Notes under the pieces: generated by a model
What the model saw: only the letters and a program-made list of their open reading frames with translations
What the model was told of the DNA's origin: nothing
Database searches by the model: none
Position numbers and translations under genes: made by a program
Assembly (NCBI GenBank): GCA_016183175.1
Contig: JACPFC010000054.1
Location: 8,313-72,312, forward strand
Direction: 5' to 3'
Source of the DNA: Deltaproteobacteria bacterium
Lineage (GTDB): Bacteria > UBA10199 > SBBF01
DNA length: 64,000 bases
Part shown: in pieces, positions 60,427 through 64,000 of the stretch
How positions within the stretch are numbered: position 1 is the first letter of the stretch
How the letters are laid out: every line of letters begins with the position of its first letter

Positions 60427-61125
60427 ATGCGGAAGAGCCAAAGAACCTTTCTTAAACTCCTTTTTTGCCTGTTTGGGCTTGTCCTTTTTTCGGGGTTGGG
60501 TTTTTTTGCGTTCACCCATCGCACTGCCGACAGCCTTCTTCCGTTTGGTCTTTGGGGGGGGTTCCTTTTTGTCCTTTATCTGGTTTTATTTTGGAGAATC
60601 TTTTCTTTTTTCCGCGAAAGCCGCCTTAAGGAGGAAACGCTCGAGCGGATGAGCACCCGTGACCTGGCCACCGGTTTGATGAACCGTCGGGGTTTTGAGG
60701 GGCTTGCGGGGCAGGAGATGGAAAGGGCCCGCCGAAAGGGGTATCCGGCCTCCCTTATTTTCGTCCGGGTGGAGCCGCTGGAGCTGATTACCAAGGATTT
60801 TGGGCGCCCGGCGGTGGATCACCTCCTTACCCAGATCGCCGAATTTTTAAAAAAGGCCTGCCGGAGCTACGACGGCGTCTTTGCCTACGACCGCGACACC
60901 TTTGCCGTTCTGCTTGCCGAGACCGGTTCCGACCAGCTCAAAAGCGTCGCCGGCAGGATCGAAAAAAAGATGATGCAAAAGGAATTTTCCATCGGCCGCT
61001 CCAAAGATGTCATCAAGCCGCACATCCATTACGGCCTTGCCACTTATCCCGCCCACGGGGAGGACTTGAAAGGGGTGGTCAGCCACGCCTTAAGCGGCCT
61101 GTTTGACGCCTCTTCCCCCAAATGA
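60427..61125 (+). CDS. Membrane protein with degenerate GGDEF domain
   Basis: 2 TM, RDLATGLMNRR, YDRDTF in place of GGDEF. Confidence 0.8.
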   Translation: MRKSQRTFLKLLFCLFGLVLFSGLGFFAFTHRTADSLLPFGLWGGFLFVLYLVLFWRIFSFFRESRLKEETLERMSTRDLATGLMNRRGFEGLAGQEMERARRKGYPASLIFVRVEPLELITKDFGRPAVDHLLTQIAEFLKKACRSYDGVFAYDRDTFAVLLAETGSDQLKSVAGRIEKKMMQKEFSIGRSKDVIKPHIHYGLATYPAHGEDLKGVVSHALSGLFDASSPK

Positions 61126-61232
61126 TGCGTCGCGCCAAGTCCTGATCTTTTTAACGCATCGCTTCCAACCATTGATTTTTGGGCCTTTGCGGGGAGTTCA
61201 AGCCATGGTATCCTTGAGGTGCGAGGTGATAT

Positions 61233-61385
61233 TTGAAAAACATTCTGATGCAACTGCTTCGGGCGGGCTTGTTGGTTCTTTTAATGACTGTTGTCTCGGT
61301 GGAGATCATCGCCAAGAGAAAGACCACCATCTCCGATCCGCCTCCCGAAGAGGATGAGGAAATTGAAGACATCGTGACGGTGTAG
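61233..61385 (+). CDS. Putative 50-aa small membrane protein (not in ORF track)
   Basis: SD GAGGTG, TTG start, MKNILMQLLRAGLLVLLMTVVSVEIIAKRK..PPPEEDEEIEDIVTV. Confidence 0.5.
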   Translation: MKNILMQLLRAGLLVLLMTVVSVEIIAKRKTTISDPPPEEDEEIEDIVTV

Positions 61386-61457
61386 GCGAGCTCTTTTCAG
61401 CGTTAAAAGGCTTGTTTTTTCCGCTTCGCTTTAATATATCCACACCGTTCAAAATCC

Positions 61458-62756
61458 ATGAAAATTCTTGTGATCGGTTCAGGCGGCAGAGAGCATGCCA
61501 TCGTTTGGAAGCTTTCCCAAAGCCCAAAGGTGAAAAAAATCTGGTGCGCCCCCGGAAACGCCGGCATTGCGGGACTTGCCGAATGTGTGGATATTTCTTC
61601 GGAAGACATCGCCGGTTTGGCTGTTTTTGCAAAATCCAACGGCGTCGATCTGACGGTGGTCGGTCCGGAACTCCCCCTAAGCCTTGGTCTTGTGGACGAA
61701 TTTGAAAGGGGGGGGCTTAAGGTCTTCGGCCCGCGCAAAAAGGCGGCCGTTCTTGAATCTTCCAAATGTTTCACAAAGGAATTTGCCTTAAGACACGGGA
61801 TCCCGACGGCAGGATTCAGGATTTTCAGCGATCCGGTAGAAGTGCGAAAGGCGCTTTCCGAACAAACCTCGTTCCCGGTGGTTGTCAAGGCGGACGGCCT
61901 GGCGGGGGGAAAGGGGGTGGTGGTGGCGCGGGACGAGGCGGAGGCCGTCCGCGTGGTGGAGGATATGCTGGTCCATGAGAAATTCGGGCCGGCGGGAAGA
62001 AAGATAATTTTGGAAGAATTTCTCCCGGGCATCGAGGCCACTTTTATGGTTGTCGCCGATGGGGAGCAATTTCTTCCGTTCGAATCGTGTCAGGATCACA
62101 AAAGGGTCTTTGATAACGACGAAGGGCCGAACACAGGGGGGATGGGGGCGATCAGTCCCGCGGGAGTTGTCACAAAGGAGGTTCGCCGCAAGGTGATCGA
62201 AAAAATCATCGAGCCGACCTTGAGAGGATTGACGGTTGAAGACCGCCCTTATCGCGGCATTCTCTACGCCGGGTTGATGATTCGGGAGGACGAGCCTTAT
62301 CTTATCGAATTCAACTGCCGGTTCGGCGACCCGGAGGCGCAGGCGATTCTTTTTCGCCTGGAGTCGGATCTGGTGGAGCTGATGGAGGCGGCCGGATCCG
62401 GCGGGCTTTCGGAATTTCCGATCCGGTTCTTAAAAGAGCCGTCGTGCTGTGTGGTGATGGCCTCCGGCGGATATCCCGGTTCTTTTGAGAAAGGGAAGCC
62501 GCCTGGCGGCAAGCCACCTGGTGGCAAGCCGATTTCCGGTCTTGAAAAAGTTTTGAAGATGAAGGATGTCCTTGTGTTTCACGCCGGAACGCGCAAAGAA
62601 GAGGGGCGCTTTTTAACCAACGGCGGGCGGGTTTTGGGGGTGACGGCGAGGGGGAAAGATTTGAAAAAGGCGCTGGATCGGGCCTATGAAGCTTGTGCGG
62701 CTATTTCGTGGGAGGGGGCGCATTATCGGAGAGATATTGGGAGGAGGGGATTATGA
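61458..62756 (+). CDS. purD: Phosphoribosylamine-glycine ligase
   Basis: GSGGREHA, KADGLAGGKGV, GPNTGGMG, RFGDPE. Confidence 0.97.
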   Translation: MKILVIGSGGREHAIVWKLSQSPKVKKIWCAPGNAGIAGLAECVDISSEDIAGLAVFAKSNGVDLTVVGPELPLSLGLVDEFERGGLKVFGPRKKAAVLESSKCFTKEFALRHGIPTAGFRIFSDPVEVRKALSEQTSFPVVVKADGLAGGKGVVVARDEAEAVRVVEDMLVHEKFGPAGRKIILEEFLPGIEATFMVVADGEQFLPFESCQDHKRVFDNDEGPNTGGMGAISPAGVVTKEVRRKVIEKIIEPTLRGLTVEDRPYRGILYAGLMIREDEPYLIEFNCRFGDPEAQAILFRLESDLVELMEAAGSGGLSEFPIRFLKEPSCCVVMASGGYPGSFEKGKPPGGKPPGGKPISGLEKVLKMKDVLVFHAGTRKEEGRFLTNGGRVLGVTARGKDLKKALDRAYEACAAISWEGAHYRRDIGRRGL

Positions 62757-63253
62757 CTCCACAAGTTGCCATCGTGATGGGGAGCGATTCGGATCTTCCG
62801 TCCATGCAGGAGGCGGAAAAGATTTTAAAGGAATTCGGCATTTCCGCAGAGACGCGAATTCTCTCGGCGCACCGGACGCCGGAACTGGCGGCCGAATACG
62901 CCAGGGAGGCCTCCAAAAAAGGGATCAAAATAATCATCGCCGGGGCGGGGATGGCCAATCACCTGGCGGGGGCGATGGCGGCGCATACGATTTTGCCGGT
63001 CATCGGGGTTCCGCTCGAAGGTTCTTCGTTGAACGGTCTGGACGCCCTGTTGTCCACCGTCCAGATGCCGCCGGGGATTCCGGTGGCCTGCGTGGCGGTC
63101 GGCAAGGCGGGGGCCAAAAACGCCGGTTTTTTGGCGGTGCAACTTCTGGCCCTTGAAGACAAAAATTTGGGAAAACGTCTGATTGAATATCGAAAGAAGG
63201 CGACAGCGGCGGTGGTGGAAAAGAACAAAAAATTGCAGGAAGAGCGGGGGTAA
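62753..63253 (+). CDS. purE: N5-CAIR mutase
   Basis: [27 protein letters not shown]. Confidence 0.97.
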   Translation: MTPQVAIVMGSDSDLPSMQEAEKILKEFGISAETRILSAHRTPELAAEYAREASKKGIKIIIAGAGMANHLAGAMAAHTILPVIGVPLEGSSLNGLDALLSTVQMPPGIPVACVAVGKAGAKNAGFLAVQLLALEDKNLGKRLIEYRKKATAAVVEKNKKLQEERG

Positions 63254-63297
63254 ATCCCCCCGGCCCCCCTTTGCCAAAGGGGGGGGAGGGGGGATTT
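63252..63297. repeat. Family E palindrome filling the purE-tsaC gap
   Basis: AAATCCCCCCGGCCCCCCTTTGCCAAAGGGGGGGGAGGGGGGATTT. Confidence 0.85.
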
Positions 63298-63300
63298 GAT

Positions 63301-63885
63301 ATGAGAAGATGTCCAGTCTTAACCGTGGCGCAGGCCGCTCGGATTGTCAGAAAGGGGGGCATTGTCGCCTATCCCACCGAAACATTTTATGGACTGGCGG
63401 CCAGGGCGGATAATCCGGATGCGGTAGGACGAGTTTTTGAAATAAAGGGGAGAGAAAAGGGAAAACCGGTTTCAATTTTGATCGACTCGCAACGAGAGCT
63501 CAAACGATGGGTCCGCGGGATCGGCCCCCGCGAGAAAAAATTGATCAGCCGTTTCTGGCCGGGGCCATTGACCCTCGTGTTTAAGGCGCGAAAGGGGGTG
63601 AACCAGTTTCTCACGGGAGGATCGGGAAAAATCGGCGTTCGAATCTCCTCCAACCCTGTTGCCCGGCGTCTGACCCGGCTTTCGGGCGGCGCCATCACCG
63701 CCACCAGCGCCAACCGGTCCGGACAAAAACCGGCGACAAGTGGCCTTTCGGCCCGGAGAAAATTGGGGAAAAAAATCGACGGCGTTGTTTCAGGCGGAAG
63801 ATTAAAGAGATCGAAAGGATCAACTATTTTAGATGTATCCGGAAAGAAACTTAAAGTGATTCGTGAAGGCGAAATTGTCCTATGA
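63301..63885 (+). CDS. tsaC: Threonylcarbamoyl-AMP synthase (TsaC/Sua5)
   Basis: [26 protein letters not shown]. Confidence 0.93.
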   Translation: MRRCPVLTVAQAARIVRKGGIVAYPTETFYGLAARADNPDAVGRVFEIKGREKGKPVSILIDSQRELKRWVRGIGPREKKLISRFWPGPLTLVFKARKGVNQFLTGGSGKIGVRISSNPVARRLTRLSGGAITATSANRSGQKPATSGLSARRKLGKKIDGVVSGGRLKRSKGSTILDVSGKKLKVIREGEIVL

Positions 63886-64000
63886 CTGATCCCAAAGTTT
63901 TTCCCTTTCGGGCGTACACTTATAATCCTCAAAAAGTGGGGGATATCTCCCGCGTGGTGACCCCTCCGTATGACGTGATCAACCCCGAAATGCAGAGGGA
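63882..64000 (+). CDS. DUF1015 family protein, 3' truncated by window
   Basis: [15 protein letters not shown]...VVTPPYDVI. Confidence 0.8.
   Translation, partial: MTDPKVFPFRAYTYNPQKVGDISRVVTPPYDVINPEMQR

Overview
A GC-rich (visually ~55%) bacterial chromosomal segment. Gene content (VegA-like Zn-finger, MqnE, acidic lipoproteins, PBP1A with insertion) suggests a deltaproteobacterial/Myxococcota-like lineage; this is inference. It is mostly housekeeping: methylmalonyl-CoA mutase/acyl-CoA carboxylase cluster, lipB/lipA, PBP1A, rnr, pheA-tyrA-aroA-rpsA-sppA-ihfB, der, EF-G paralog, ligA, mqnE, pfkA, recG, dksA, pyrE, nadB, pgsA, dut, purD-purE-tsaC. There are four tRNAs and three type II TA modules. 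The striking feature is a dense, modular system of small palindromic repeats beside a RAYT-like HUH transposase (54020-54964) bounded by perfect 21-bp inverted repeats. It includes a 172-bp element with covarying ends (4 copies), an AGGGTTCCC..GGGAGCGGAG family (6 copies, one apparently inserted into the tRNA-Gly 5' end), other hairpin modules nested inside each other, and in-frame insertions into conserved proteins (a 57-bp module in recG is identical to an intergenic copy). Orphan genes with sigma28-like and sigma54 promoters are also present. All calls are by eye from motifs; no database searches were run.
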